Origin: Enoplolaimus lenunculus
Taxonomy: Eukaryota
Reading direction: 5' to 3'
DNA length: 64,000 nt
NCBI GenBank assembly: GCA_030248215.1
Contig: JASANG010000932.1
Span: 186,001 to 250,000 of the forward strand
The notes under the pieces: generated by a model
What the model saw: only the letters and a program-made list of their open reading frames with translations
Databases searched by the model: none
What the model was told of the DNA's origin: nothing
In this document: positions 14,001 to 29,600 of the stretch, piece by piece
How positions within the stretch are numbered: the stretch's first letter is position 1
Layout of the letters: every line of letters begins with the position of its first letter
Made by a program: the position numbers and the translations under genes

Positions 14001-17000
14001 ATCATATGTGTAAACTCTGCATTCAGTATACCAAAATCCTGAAATAATTGCAGTAGCTTAAAAATAGGTTCAAATTATGCAATATGACACAAATTGAAAA
14101 TTTTGTAAATACACGCTCAGACAATTTTAGAACAAGAAGTTACGATAATATGCCAATTTTTCTTAAATTTTCAAATGACGACAATTTTCAATACTTCAAT
14201 ACCAAAAATACAGGAAAATTCCGTTGTAAAAATACCGGTTTTATTACCGGAACCGGATAGTGAAAATACTGGATTACCATAAGGGTGTTGGGTCCGACAA
14301 GATGAATTAAGAATGAATGCCAGTTTAAACATTTTGCCACCCTTTCCGGAAAAATCTTCGGGATTCCCTTGTAAATACTGGTTTGACAATTGGTATTGGT
14401 CCACCTAAAATTGTTTGTGCTCCTCGGAACATGGGCGCCGGCTACAGGCCTGATCCTCAGTTGATGGGGTCTTGAGCAAAGATGGTTTGTCATATCGCAG
14501 AAACGAACACGTAAAATGTCGAAATGTTTTAACTGTGCGTTACTGCTTAATATGAATACGGTATTAAATTTCCATAAAGCCCTACTCACACGTGCAAGTT
14601 TTTGCAGCAAAAACTTGAACGTGCAACACCTGTGAACGCAGTTGCAAGTCGCCTGAATTTCTTGCACCTGTAGTTTGATTGGTCAATCGAAATGATCTAT
14701 TTAAAAATGCTTGCAGCTGCGAGTTCTCTTTGCAAAAACTTGCACGTATGAATGGCGCTTAAGTGTCAAGATTATGTTGGTCAAAAATTTTGTGCTAACA
14801 TCAAATTCTGCAAAAGTTATCAAAACGTTTGAGGCAGACTATTTTAAGTTACTATGCCCAGAAATGTGACACAATCAGTGTACTGATCTAGAAATTACTA
14901 TTCGCGGCAAGGCCTATGTAAAGATCAGGGGCGGAACGTTTTTTTCGGGACTAGAAAAGAGTAAGCTTAAGCTTTAGACTAATTTTTTTGCTTGGCTCAG
15001 GCTTAGGCTTAGGTTTAGGAATATGCTTATTCTTACGTTTAGGCTTAAGCTTAGGCTTAGACTCAGGCTTAGACTTAAGCTTTAGGCTTAGGTTTTTCTT
15101 AGGCTTAGGTTTAGGCTTAGGCTCACTTACGCGCAAAGCGATCGAGAAGTCAAACGCAATTTTTGTACGTAAATTTTAATGCAAAATTTTGGTTTTGATC
15201 TCTGTTTCAGGGGTAAGACAACGCTTGTAGGCCCCTAAAGGTTCACCAGTGAACATTATAGTCGTTCTATTTTCTGGCTTGGCGGAGTTGCTGGTCATTC
15301 AGTGCTTTTGAAAAAACCAAAGTTCTTTTGATGAAATTTAATATGATTTTAGTTGAAATTAAGTGCCAACATCAAAAACCTTTACCAAACTTCAATTTTA
15401 ACAACATTTCATTTTAGTATTTGTTCAGTAGTTGTGTTTTCGTACCAGCACATACTTCTAAATAGCAATACATATACGGTCCCGTAGCCAAACGGGGGGG
15501 CGCAGGGGGACCAGTCCCTCCTGGAAAAAATTTGGCGTCTCCTAGAAAATGTTCGCCCTTGCTTGTGAAGTGAACAAAAAATCGCGTATGCGCCTCTTGA
15601 AAACGTTTTAGCTGCGCCTAGCAAAGCGAAGCGGATACGGGCCTGAATATATGTATATATATGTATATATGTACTTATACATGTATATATGTATTACCAT
15701 AATTCAGTGACCCGAATAAGACGGGGGACTAATATTTATTTGGCCTCTCCAGAGGGTTCACCCCTTTCATTCGGTTACGGACTGTTAATTTTTAACCCGT
15801 GAAGCCCTTCGTTATAATATATGCGGTACTGCAACTATCCGTTGAATTAAACGTTTATTTGTCTTGTGTCAATAGCTTGAGCGATTATACCAGGTTATAC
15901 TTAGGAATGTACGTTCAAAACTTACGTATGCTTTAAAGTTTTGAACTCATGGTTCTGAAGTCATTGTTATGCGCTACAATCAGGGATAATTGACATTTAT
16001 GGACACTAATTAGGGTTTAGGGACTCTAACAGCTTACGGACACTTATTAGGGATACGGACTTCTATTGATTGAGACCCAATATGGGGACCCCCTCTTATT
16101 ACCTCCCCCTCTTATTCGGGTCACTACAGTATAACGATTTTGGCAAGCCCAAAATTATTTTTGACTTCTAGCTGGTAGTTGGTTAACATTAAACCCGAAA
16201 AGTTAGCTATATTTTGTAAACACATCGAGAATTCAGAATTTCGGGGCAATTGTTTTTGTATCAGTAATTCGGTTCAATGTAAAGAGCACCAGCGAAACAG
16301 TGTTATAAGCATACTCCTAAGCCAGAGCCTAAAGCCTTAGCCTAAGAGAATGAGCGTATTCCTAAGCCTAAGCATAAGCCTAAGCCAAGCAAAAACTTAA
16401 GTCTAAAGCTTAGCTTACTTTATTGCAGTCCCACAGAAAAACATTCCACCGTTGATCTTTACATGAGCCGAAATTCGGTGCCATCAAAGTCTTACCAGGG
16501 ACATTTGCGAGTCAAAGATTCAACGCTGCTTCAGATAAGACGATTTGTTATAGAATCTACTGAAATTTTAGTTTATTAATTTAACTAACAGGGCAATAAT
16601 GATGCGGTTTAAACTGGTATCTGATTGGTGTTTGTTAGTAATTTTTCAACTGGACTACGTCCACTTTACATGGTGCTATTTAATGTGGTAAGTTTTTATT
16701 TAATGTTTTTAAACTTTTGTTCACTCCTACCAACAGAGTGTAATCAGAAGCGAAAAATACCTGAGTTGAACGCTCATGTAAACATCAGGGGCGGAACGTT
16801 TTTGTGAGGGACTTGAATAGAGCGAGTTTAAGATTTAGACAAATTTTATGCTTGGCTTAGGCTTAAGCTTAGGCTTAAGCTTAGGAATAATCTCGTTCTT
16901 ACGTTTAGGCTTAGGTTTAGGAATATTCTCATTCTTACGCTTAGGATTAGGCTTAGGCTTAGGCTTAGGAATATTCTCATTCTTACGCTTAGGCTTAGGC

Positions 17001-20000
17001 TTAGGGTTAGGCTTAGGAATAGGAATATTCTCATTCTTACGCTTAGGCTTAGGCTTAGGAATATTCTCATTCTTCCGCTTAGGCTTAGGCTTTGGCTTAG
17101 GCTTAGGAATATGCTTACTGTTGCGCCCGTGTTCTTTACATTGGTCAAATTTAGACAAATCTCGCTACATACACGCGAGAATACATTTTGCTTGTAAATA
17201 TACAATTTCACACTATATATATATAACCGCGTTTCCAGTAGTTGTATTTAAGAGAGACAAACTCTATGAAAGTGTGAGCTATAGCATTATTTCCGTCTGA
17301 GTTATCTAAGTCAAAAGTTTGTAATTGAAATATTTTTAATTTTTTAAACCTTGTGACTCTTTGTGAAGCGGAAAAAATTTCAATTTTTAACTCGTGCAAT
17401 AGAGTGTAGAGGTTATAGGTACACAAACACAAGCAGTAAAATAGCTAAAAACGGTAATTCGTGACGACAACCTACGGATGTTAGCAGGCCTCTAGCCAGG
17501 TCACCTTGTTTGAGGAACCTTACAATTTTTGCAGTAGGGGCATACAAGGGTTTTTGTTGACTTACAAGCAAGGTTGAAAATTTTGTATGGAGCCAAAAAA
17601 TTTTTTGTGAGGACTGAGGCCTCTGGCCCCCTTGGCTACGGGCCCGTATAGGCCTTACGTTAGCTAAGCCGATCTCAGTACTCTCTAAAATATTTTAACC
17701 CTCAAATAGTATTTCAAAAACTTGATCCCGTTTTGAAATGTGAGGTTTTGTTTAAAGCATTACATCCTACCGTTGGATTCGAATTTTTTAGCCCAAGTCT
17801 AGCTTAAGGGTCCATATTCTCAAATGCATACAGCACCTATCACCAGTTAGCGATAGCTTTTCAAACTAATGAATTGCATCATATGCAAATCCCAAAATCG
17901 GCACAAAAGTGTAGTAAAATCAAATGCTATAAATGTGATGAAATTCAAACTTCACCACATTTCCTGATTCGAATGTTACAAGACCTAACACCAACTGGTA
18001 ATAAATGCTACACACATTTGAGAATACGGGCTCAGCATTCAGCGCGAGCTTATGTTTTTACCGCCCTGAAGTAAAATAATAATTGGCGAAGCTTAGATGC
18101 ACCAATGTGCTACCTACATATGCTACATCGTCCTCTTAAACAGCCACGGCCAATAGCGGACGGAGTATAGTTTCACGGAAACTGTGTCCACAAACCGAAA
18201 CCGAAAATGTTTGATTTGTCTTTAAAAGAGGCTAGAAAACAGTTCACAGGCAATTTAAAATATAAGTTACATCAGTGTAATTTGAAAGACATGGTGTACA
18301 CAGACGTAATGGTTCGTGAGAACTAAATTAACTTTTACACTATGAACTGACCTTAAACTATGCGGACATTTCGGCAGAAACGAGAACTGTGTCCGGATAC
18401 GGTAGCTAGCTAATGTTTATATCCGTACACAGTTATCGCCGTACTCTATAGTGTCCGTGGAAAACTGAAATGAGACGGATATTTTATGTGCAAGCCAAAC
18501 CAGCGGTAACGTTCGACTATTCGCATAAATGTCCCACAGCAATCACCTGACATACTAACTCTTGCAGACATTAAACATCACAGAACGGTGGTTTGTAAGT
18601 AGGTGTGATATCACATCCGAGTTATGTCTATTGACCCGATATGACATCTTGATTTTTAACGTTGACGTCGAATCACCATGCGACAAACCGTAGCGCACCA
18701 TAATATAGTCAAAGCCCCAATACGGAAAGGCGTAATACGTTCAGTAAAAACTACACAAATTTTATCGTCGGCTTTATTATTTCGACCGACGCAGAAACAT
18801 TTCAAAGCAAAAATATTTCCGTCTAAAAATTATTGCTGGCATAGAGAACTCACGGAACGAGTTGACTAAACTCCTAGAGAGCCAACTAAACAACCGTAAT
18901 TCTGGTCCAGTGCTCAATCATTTGTACGAAACAATATTGTAACCCCAGCCTGACTGAAATGTAACCTCAACGCGGCTCCTAATACTCAACACCTACAGTT
19001 TCCCACACAGTGCCGTTGCCAAGTCCCGAAAGTAATTATGCCAATCGCGAACCAGAAAAACCGTAGAAATTACGTGCAGTACTGTGTCGATAACAACCCC
19101 ACCAGTTGCAACCAAAATAATTCCTCCCATCATCAGCTTTCTACCCCAACTTTATATTTTTATTTTATCTGTCCCAACTTTTCATATTTCGCATTTTATC
19201 TTGCATTCGCTGCATACCGTTTCTCAACCATTGACTCAACAAAATACAATGAGAATTACACTCAAAATAATATTTGTGATATTTAAGAAAAAATTTCTTA
19301 CATTTGAGAAATATGATTAGCAAGGTGCACTTGAAAAGTATTTCTGTTATAACAGAAATGTTTTCAAAAACGTTTTGAAATAAAGCCTGAAAATAAAAGT
19401 TTTCCAGTTATTTTTAGAAAAATTGTCTTAAATATCAGCGAAACTTTTCAGATTTGCCACAGAAAACACTTTTCTAAATAAATTCAGAAATACTTTTTTG
19501 TGTGTATTGCAAATGCTACAATATTTTAATCGCCAGATTACAATTTAAATGCCTTCCACAGTGAGCGGCCGTTTCGGTTGCAGTCATCAGCGTTTCTGCA
19601 TTTAAGCCAAAAATACCGGTCTTTTTTTGGTAAATCTGTTCCGAAAAACATGGCTTAAAATAACACAACTAAACAGGGTGGTGTAATCAGCCTTTCAATT
19701 GCGGGAGGCATACCCTTCTGTATCGGCCGAATTCATAACCCTTAGAGGTTTCACGGATATTATAGAGTCTGGTACATGCTTTTAGCTGACAATATTTTTC
19801 GAATAGGTTATATACCTTGTTCCTTTTGTATGCACCCTAACTAGAAAACTTGGCTGAAACTAGTGAAGTGAAAACCTTAAAGCTTACGATCGGCACAATT
19901 ATACGAAGAGTGCACGCGTTAAAAATAACCTGGCGTCCTGCCCATAGTAGTGGATTGTTTTGCAATCAGTGCATTCAAAACAGTAAAACAACAAGAAATA

Positions 20001-20550
20001 TGTAGTTACACTGCAAAAACTGGTGCGTCAAATTGACTCTCTCCGAAATGGGCTTTTCCGGACTACACAAACTGAGTCAAAATTCGACTCTGTCAGAGTC
20101 ACATTTGACTCACTGCGCGAGTCAGTTAGTCGAATGTGACTCTGGTGGAGTCGAATTTTAACTCAGTTTGTGTAGTCCGGAAAAACGTATTTCGGAGAGA
20201 GTCAATTTGACTCACCATTTGTTTGCAGTATACCCTGGTTCGATGTCTACGAAAATTTTTCTTAACAATGACACAAGTAACCTGGTAAACTGGCTAACTA
20301 GGAAGCATATCATATTCAGTGCTACAATACCAACATTGGCCAATTAGCGGCATCGATGGATCATTGTTTCAATTAAAAACCTGGCAAACGAACGTACCGG
20401 AGCCGAATGTGGATTTTGTGCCGGCAGTGAACCTTTGGTTTCCGGTTGTATTCTGAGACATGTACAATCATACATATTTACAAACATAAATGCATGCATT
20501 TTGCACATTAATACATAAATAATAAATATATAAATATATACATACATACC

Positions 20551-20617
<67 letters not shown>

Positions 20618-23600
20618 TATTTCTTTACCGACTCCACATTTTGTCTGGCAAATCAACGACCAAGCGACAGACCCTGCATTTTGATTAAATCATCAATTTT
20701 GGAACCTTTTTCTAAACAGATCTTTTGTGCCGGTGCCTGGTTATGATTGAATATTAATTATTTAATATTTTAAGTCTGTATTGTTTTTTCTCACGTTTAT
20801 GCTTTCATACAACTAACCAGGATTCCAACAAATACCCTAATACCCTTAGCTTCATTGGTGCAGGTACGCTACAGCTACACTGACCTCCAGGGTACAACCG
20901 CAGGTCTACCTCTGGCTCCTGCAGAAAATCGGCATCCAGCTCCGATTCCGGTAGAGTTTTTGCCGGAATTAGGCTTAGGTATAGGCTCATTCTTACGCTT
21001 AGGCTTCGGTTAGGCTTACGCTTAGGCTTAGGAATATGCTAATACTACTGTTCCGGTTTTTGTTGGAATTAGGCTTAGGTATAGGCTTATTCTTACGCTT
21101 AGGCTTCGGCTTAAGCTTACGCTTAGGCTTAGGAATAAGCTAATACTACTGTTCCGGTTTTTGTTGGAATTAGGCTTAGGTATAGGCTTATTCTTACGCT
21201 TAGGCTTCGGCTTAGGCTTACGCTTAGGCTTAGGAATATGCTAATACTACTGTTCCGGTTTTTGTTGGAATTAGGCTTAGGTATAGGCTCATTCTTACGC
21301 TTAGGCTTCGGCTTAGGCTTACGCTTAGGCTTAGGAATATGCTCATACCACTGTTCCGGCCTTTGTTCTATATGTTGGCCGTTGCAATTATACGGTTGCC
21401 ACAAAATTATTCCGTGCCCCCCCCCCAAACATATATTTTCCGCCGACGCCACTGAAATTGCATTAGAAAACCAAAATTAAGTGCATCGACCGTACAGTGT
21501 ATCAACATGTAAACATGAAATTTTTGACGAGCGGATCGGCGCCGTATAAGTATAGCACCGCCCTTAACACTCAACACACGGAGACAGTGAACGGGATTGT
21601 ACGGTAGCGTAGCCCGTACTGCAGTAAAGGTGTTTAAGTTCCTCATCTGGTGAGTCCGAAACCTACGGATCCTTAAGCGAACGCTCTACCACTGTACTAC
21701 GCATCTCGGACTAGTTTTATGTCGACTATTTATGTTTGAATGTATACTGGCGGCTAGCAAACAGGGTGCAACCGGAGATGAAAAATACCGGAGCCGGAGA
21801 TCAATGAAACTTGCCGGAGTCGGAGATGAGACGAAATTAGGTAGTAAAAATGATGGTTTAATTAGTTAATTTTAGCCAATATGTGCAATATGTTGTTAAA
21901 TTGTTTTGGTTTCACGCTAAATTTTCTGACAAATTTCGGCAATTCTTTCATGAAAATTGTGACAAAAGTCAATCGAAACGCGCTAAACAGATAAATTTTG
22001 GAAATTTATGCAAATTTTACTACCGAAATTGCCGGAACCTCGGGCAAAAATTCTACCGAAGCCGGAGCCGTAGGCCGATTTTCTGCCGGAGCTGGAGGCG
22101 GAGGCAGACCTCCGGTTGTACCCTGCAAGCAAACATACAATGCACTGTGCTATATTAAATGTACACATACCGGACAAGTATGTCTCACATGTTTATATGA
22201 GGTTGCTGATTATAACACCAAACCGAGTCGCAGAAAGGAACCAATAGAAGAACAGCGAATTAGGTTCTTTCATTAATTCCTGGTTCTTTTCATCAAGAGT
22301 GGATGATGCATACTTCAACAAGAGTATGTAACAGGGTACATTCTGCGTAAGAAACAATGTTCCCGACACGGGTTGCGTTTTTCACTGACCCCCTTTCATT
22401 TATACAGGGTACAACTGTTTCGAACCATTGCACTTTATGTATCCGACATCAAAAAAGCTGCGCTTATAATTTAGAGTATTGCATGTGAAAGCGACTCCCC
22501 CAAAAAAACTAAGGGGAGCCGGACAAAAACGCAACGGTGGTGCATTTTGAACCACACAAATGTCTTGACTTATCATCCAGTCTTGCTTTCATTAATTACT
22601 GAATAATGTTGACTCGAATTATAGAGTTTGCATATGTAGGGACAGAGTAATTTTTAGGCCAAACGAACCAAGATTATCAGCTAAAAATTATTGGACCCGT
22701 AGCGCATAGTCAATTGAAAGCGCTAGAAAGCTAAACCGATTCCTGAACAGACCATTGGCAATCATTACGGTACTGACTGGTGTACAAATCGACAGGAACA
22801 GCTGCCAGGGTGCAACCGGATACGAAAAATACCGAAGCCACAACCGGATACGAAAAATACCGAAGCCGGAGGTGAACAAAACTTGCCGCAGTCGTAGGTG
22901 AATCGGAGGTGACACAAAATTAGAAAGGTTAAACAATGTTTAATTTGTTAATTTTAGCAATTATATTTACAAAATATTATGAAAAATTTATGTTCTGAGT
23001 TTATTTTAAGAAAATTTCGACAATTTTCTCTCAAAATTGTATCAAAAGTTAACACTGTAAAGAATTGACTACAAATATTGCTGGAATTTCGGACAAAAAT
23101 TCTACCATAGACAGAGCTCGCTGTCGATTTCCTACCGGCACCGGAGCCGGAGACACGCATCCGGTTGTACCATGTTTGCATTGGCACAAACTTTACCAGC
23201 ATTTCGGACGTAGAATTTAATTTAGGAAACAGTTGAAACAGATGGTCTAGGCACGTGCCTGATTTTATTCATATTCTTTTACAAAATTTAATTCAAAACC
23301 GGGAGTCCAAAATGTCCTTTACGCCATTAAGTGGGAACGACTGCCTTTTGACCCCCCCACACCGGTTCTACTGCTCCTGGTGGACACACCCTAACGTGGG
23401 CTCAAATCTGGACACACCGTTTGCCGCATACGGGAGAAAATGTCTTCAAAAAAAGATTATCTTAAAATAAGAATAAAAAAACAAATGATAATAAAAATAA
23501 ATAAATTTGTGACGATTGAACTGTTGAAAGTTGCGATGTTTTTGGTTGCAACAAAATGCATTCAATCAGACGGCAATTCACTTATGTAAGTGCTAATTAT

Positions 23601-26600
23601 TGTATCATTGTTTACTTGTCATCTTTCTTGCTGACATAAATTTTATCCTGAAATTTCTGACAATGACTATTAAGGCGGACTGCCAAATGTTATGAAACGC
23701 AATTTTTACTCTATGCTATATATTTGCGAATTGTCGTAGAAGGAAAAGTTGAAAAGTAGGGTCGTTACCATTTTATCGCAAAAAATTTTCTCACGGGTGA
23801 GAGGGCGTATGACCTCCCGCCCTCTTATGGATCCACCGGTGATATTTCTAAAACCACTAAACGCAATTTTGCATACAAAATCTGAATATAAATTTTTGAT
23901 TTTGATGTCTTTTGGTAAACCATGGCCTGGTTGACGCGATGAAACAACAGTCAGCGCAGTTGCATTTAAGAAACATTTTTAACCTGATTTGTGTTTTTTA
24001 AGACTGATCCTAATATATAATTATTACAAAACTAGCAATTATATATACTGTGCGCTAGTTCAACGACATACTTAAAATTCAGTTATGTTTTCTTTGCTGT
24101 TTAAAGTAGTCAGAAGCCGTAGCTTTGATTTCATTTCGGAAGAGAATAAAAGTTTATGTATGTAAACAGTTTTTGGATCTCTTCGGTTATCCGCTCTCCA
24201 GCGGGCGTTTGGCCGGTAGTGGTTGGCTTTTGAAAATTTTGTTGCATATTTGAGCTTCTGCACTCCCCTGATCATTTTATGCCCAAATTTGAAGTTTTGC
24301 GTTAATGTTCACGAGGTGTCTTCTTGAGACCCAAACATTAATAATGATAATTGTTCATTTTTAAGATTTTTTGTGAAAATCACAGTTACTTGTTTATTTT
24401 GGTTATTAGTTGCTGTAAACACAAGATTTTGATGTTAATTAAAACAATGGAAATATTTCAACAAATTCTGCGTACATCTTTTTCAACCCTGTCTTCATTG
24501 CCGCTTTTAAGGGCTGCTTGCTTTGATTTTTTTGCGTTTACACTAATATTTGGTTTACTGCTGCAACAACAATTGCTCATTTTTATTCATAATCTGCGAA
24601 TAAAAGTATATAGAAATTAATAAAAGATTTTAGAAAATAATAAAATAATAAAAATATTTAGGAAAAGTGTTTAAAAATAAATAATTTCGAAAATAATAAA
24701 AGTATTTAGAAAATATTTAAAGTATTTAGAAAATACTAAAAGTATATATTTAGTGAATAATAAAAGTATTTAGAAATTAATAAAAGTATTTCAGTAAATA
24801 ATAAGCGGATTTTACAAAACAACAAAATGATCAAATTTTAAACATATTGTGAAATTTTTGGTTACGCAAAATCATTTAGCGAAAAATTTTGATGCATCAG
24901 AAATCTAATATTGTTACACTTTTGGCAAAATGATTGACTTTTTGGCTTACAACGAACGATGCTTGAGACTTCCCGTAGAGAAAATTGTCTTTAACCATTA
25001 ATTTAACGATGTTCATTCTTAGTTATGCGTTGTGTAACAATGTTTTTATATTTTACCAAATTTACCTTTGCTCAATTTCTTCTACTAGAAATACTTTAAA
25101 AATAAAAACTTTTCTCTTTAAATCGACAAAATATGCTATTGAGTATATATAACATATATATATATCTTTATCGGCCAATGTTACATTTAGGGGCGTAACA
25201 GTAGATTAAGTGTATTTCTATTAAGCCTAAGCCTAAGCCTAAGCTTTGCAAAATGAGTTTCTAAGCATAAACCTAAGCCTAAACCTAAGCCTAAGCGTTG
25301 CAAAATGAGTTCCTAAGCATAAACCTAAGCCTAAGTCTAAGCCTAAGCGTTGCAAAATGAGTTCATAAGCATAAACCTAAACATAAGCATAAGCCTAAGC
25401 GTTGCAAAATGAGTTCCTAAGCATAACCTTAAGCCTAAGCCTAAGCCTAAACAAAAAATGTAATCTAGAATCTAAACCTGCTCTTTTATAGACCCACCAC
25501 AAACCTGGAAGCCCCTTAAACTAATATATCAAATACGCTGAAAATAAAGCTGAACATATTAATTTCAACAGAAACTTAAGCGTTGGTGCCCTTCATATAA
25601 AAGTCTAAACCATTAATGAACAAAATGTGCCAAAATGACCATTGAGGTCTACGGAATGGCTCTGTTCGGTAGCTTAAATCTGACCATTCCTTATTTTTGG
25701 ACAGTGGTCGAAAAGTATACAGAAATGATTTATGAAACTAGGCACACAATAATATTGGCTATTGTACACTGCCACGTACAACTGTATTGCCAGGCTCAGA
25801 CTTAGGCTTTGGCTTAGGCTATATTGTAGGTTTTGCCTTAAGTTTTGGAAAAAGTCTAAACTTTTACCTAAGTCATTTCCTAATCATAAGCTTGAGCCTA
25901 AACGTAAGCCTGAATACTCAGTGGTCACCTATGGTGGCGACTAGCTATGCTGGCAGAATGGTGTAATATGGACCCTGTATGCCATACCAGGTTCGGCATT
26001 GGTGGCTATTGAACCCTGCTTCTTAGGCATACAGGAGTGCACGTGAGATCGTGGCTGTGGAGCAAAGTCGTGCCTGTTCAGTGGCACGCACATGGACTGT
26101 GTGTACCCGAGGTCTCTGCAACCTCAGGATATATATTGATAGCGTCCGCAAGGGCAGCAAAGATATTCCTGAAGTAACGCTCGTCCCAATTAAAACCCTG
26201 GCTGTTCATGACCACCAATAGGTGTTCTGTGAGAGGAGGGGAGCAAAACAGCGAGATCGATACGGGGGGTTACCCTGAAAATTGGTGAATTGTAATGGCG
26301 TCAAATTAATGTTGATGGACATCTTCACCCGCGTGTGAAATTTTATCTGCGGATTGACCCCCTGGACCGAAACTGTCATCATAGTAATTAATTTTTTAAA
26401 TTTTTTGTTTAAAATATTTTACAGTTTTGAATGGTTTACGTGTTGCGTTGCTGAACTTGGCCTGAAATTTTGGACAAAAACATATTTTTTTCAACGTTAA
26501 AAATTGTATATTAATAAACAATTTAAGGTGAAAAAAATTAATATCGAAGCTTGCGACCAGGTGCGCTTACAACGGCTTTACATTATATATATATTTGTAA

Positions 26601-29600
26601 GCACTAGCGGATCCAGAGCGGGGAGGGTGGAAGCGTACGCCCCCCCTATCAGAAAATTTTTTGTGTTTGAATGGTAAGGTACCTACCTTAATACAATTAT
26701 TCGCCTTCAGAAAATTTTTTGGTGATAAAATAATAAGGTCCCTGCCTCACAATTTTTGCGTTTCATTACGTTTGCCAGCCTCCCGTCATAAATTTTTGGA
26801 TCCGCCTCTGTGTGTGTCAGCTCTGGGGTGTCTTTATCATTATCCTCAATCAACCCCCTCATGCCGGCGTAAAATGGTTTACTTTAAATTTTTTTTTGCA
26901 TATTTGAACTTCTCATGACCACTCGGCCACATCCAAATTTGAAGTTTTGAAAAATTTAACATTTTTTGTCTTAAAATTAATCCGTGAGACCGAAAACTAT
27001 TTTTGTTAAAAAGTTTAACCAATTTAAAAATAACGCCATTTGAAACAATTTGGTGAGCTGATTTGATATATGGTTACGTTATCGCTATCTGATCACCAGT
27101 TTTTACAAGATATGCCCACCTAAAACTGACGTGGCCGCTGCACTCGAACCGTTGCCAGAGTGTCAAATATGCAAAAATTTTTAAAATCGAACCATTTTTT
27201 GCAAACTTCCCACTTCGTGAAAGATAACCAAAAAGACGAGAAACTTAAAAATTGGCATTCTTACAATGTTTGTAAACAGTTTTTACTTAAAAAATAATTT
27301 ATTGCAAAATTTTTACTTCCGTGTGCGTGACTTGACTTAAAATCATATTTTGAACCAGAAAACAACGAACTTAGCCTAATTTTTGGTAAAATAGCATAAG
27401 TGTAGACGAAGTTTTGGTTTCTAGATCCTAACACCAATTACATTAGTAGGCCCGTGTTATAGGGGCGGCCGACTTTTTCGCGAGACTATAAAATAGAGTA
27501 AGCTTAAGCTTTAAAGTTATTTTTTGTTTTGACTTAGTAATATGTTTATACTACTGTTACGCCGTTCAATGTAACATTGACCATTAATTGTATGCGTTTA
27601 ATGTCATTTTATATCGCTCACCGTTACACCATTCAATTTTATTAACAAAAATTAATTTTTTGAACGTCAGTTGAAATGCAATCACCCGTTCGGGGACGTC
27701 GTCCAATCAGATTCCTGCTATAACAACGCTGATTATCTCTTTTGTCTCTGGGAAAAGTTCGTCTAAAATATCTCGCAGCGTATCATATTTCAGCAAAAAA
27801 ATTAAAACTTCCAATGAATCGTTTTCGACTACAGGCCAAATTGGCAAACGTAGAGACGTATTTTTGCTGTAGTAGACATAAATATTTGATAATAGAGTTC
27901 TATTATTAAGCCAGGCAGTTGTTTGGGTCAAGATTGTGAGGTGTCGGAAAAAATTGACCTGGCTTGTTAAAGTAGGTTTTATAAAATTAATTTCTGCTAA
28001 AATAAAAATGTATCCCGTTTGCCGAGAGAAATTTTTACTTTTAATAATAAACTACATACAACAATTGTAAGATGTGGCCAAAGGCGGATCCAAAAATTTT
28101 TTGACAGGGGGGCGGGCTGGTTAATGTTATAAAACGCAAAAATTTTAAGGTAGTGGCATTCGCAAACAAAAAAAAAAAAAAACAAAAAAACGGAAAGTCC
28201 AAGTGGCGGGGGGCGCACGTCCCCCGCCCTTCCTTCCCTCTGCATTCGCTAGTGGGTGTAGTGACCAAAATAACATTTTGGTTCTATGCCCACGGTAGCA
28301 TATTTGTCAAAAAAATATTTGTATACCACAGCTACAGTGGTTCCAAAAAATTGTCTTGAAATTTCAAAACTCCTACTTTCTAAGACTGAAACGTCTTGAC
28401 CTTCGGACATTAATTGTTTTAAACAGCTAAGTAATTAGTGTCTGAAAAGGTTAAAACATTAATGTGTTATATTCGAAGGGATGTCATTGGTATGGGGATC
28501 CCCATGTAGTCCGTTAATTTTCCGGTTTCAGTATAAGCTGTAAACATGTTTTCCTGTTTATGTTCTTCAAAGTGTATGTAAATTAATCGAATTACAAGGT
28601 TATTAGAAAGAGAAATGATACCTTTATTAAACTTAAATGTTGGAAACTTAAGATTTCGTTCCATAAACAATTAAGACAAAGATATCTGAAATATATAATT
28701 AAGTTTGAGAGCTTTCTGACTTATATTTCTGAAAATTATCAAAACTAGAAGTCTAGAAATAAACACATCTCGAATTTCAGACAATATTTCTTGAATATCA
28801 GACAATTTGGTTTGCGTGTAGAACACCATAGATTATGCGCTCAAGCCAAGCATGCTTGTCGCAACCTCCACGCGGTTGCATCAATTTCCGATGAATAAGT
28901 AAACGATTTCGCGAGCGAAGAAAAGTTTGGACCTCTGGTAGTAACCAATTTTATTCTGAATTTCGTAAAAAATTTTTTATAATTCCTACAGAAATTTTGG
29001 CGGTGTTTTCAAGAAGGGACCTGTACGCTTTCAATTTTGTTGCAATATCATTGGCTGCAAATAGAATTCGTTTTTTGTTGCTATATCATTGGCTGCAAAT
29101 AGAATTCGTTTTTTGTTGCAATATCATTGGCTGCAAACAGAATTCGTTTTTTGTTGCAATATCATTGGCTGCAAATAGAATTCGATTTTTGTTGCAATAT
29201 CATTGGCTGCAAATAGAATTCGTTTTTTGTTGCAATATCATTGGCTGCAAATAGAATTCGTTTTTTGTTACAATATTATTGGCTGCAAATAGAATTCGGT
29301 TTTTTGTTTCAATATCATTTTGTTCCAATATCATTGGCTGCAAATAGAATTCTTTATTTTTGTTCCATTATCACTGGCTGCAAATAGAATTTTTTTTTGT
29401 TCCAATATCATTGGCTGCAAATAGAATTCGTTTTTTGTTGCATTATCATTGGCTGCAAATAGAATTCGTTTTTTGTTGCAATATCATTTGGCTGCAAATA
29501 GAATTCGTTTTTGTTAAAATATCATTGGCTGCAAATAGAATTCGTTTTTGTTGCAATATCATTGGCTGCCAATAGAATTCGTTTTTGTTGCAATATCATT

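Noticed and set aside
16850..17110. True telomere
   Set aside because: The tracts are short, interrupted, internal and bounded by TIRs.
16835..17300. PKPKPK / LGLGLG / LSLSLS ORFs here and elsewhere
   Set aside because: These are translations of TTAGGC repeats inside MITEs.
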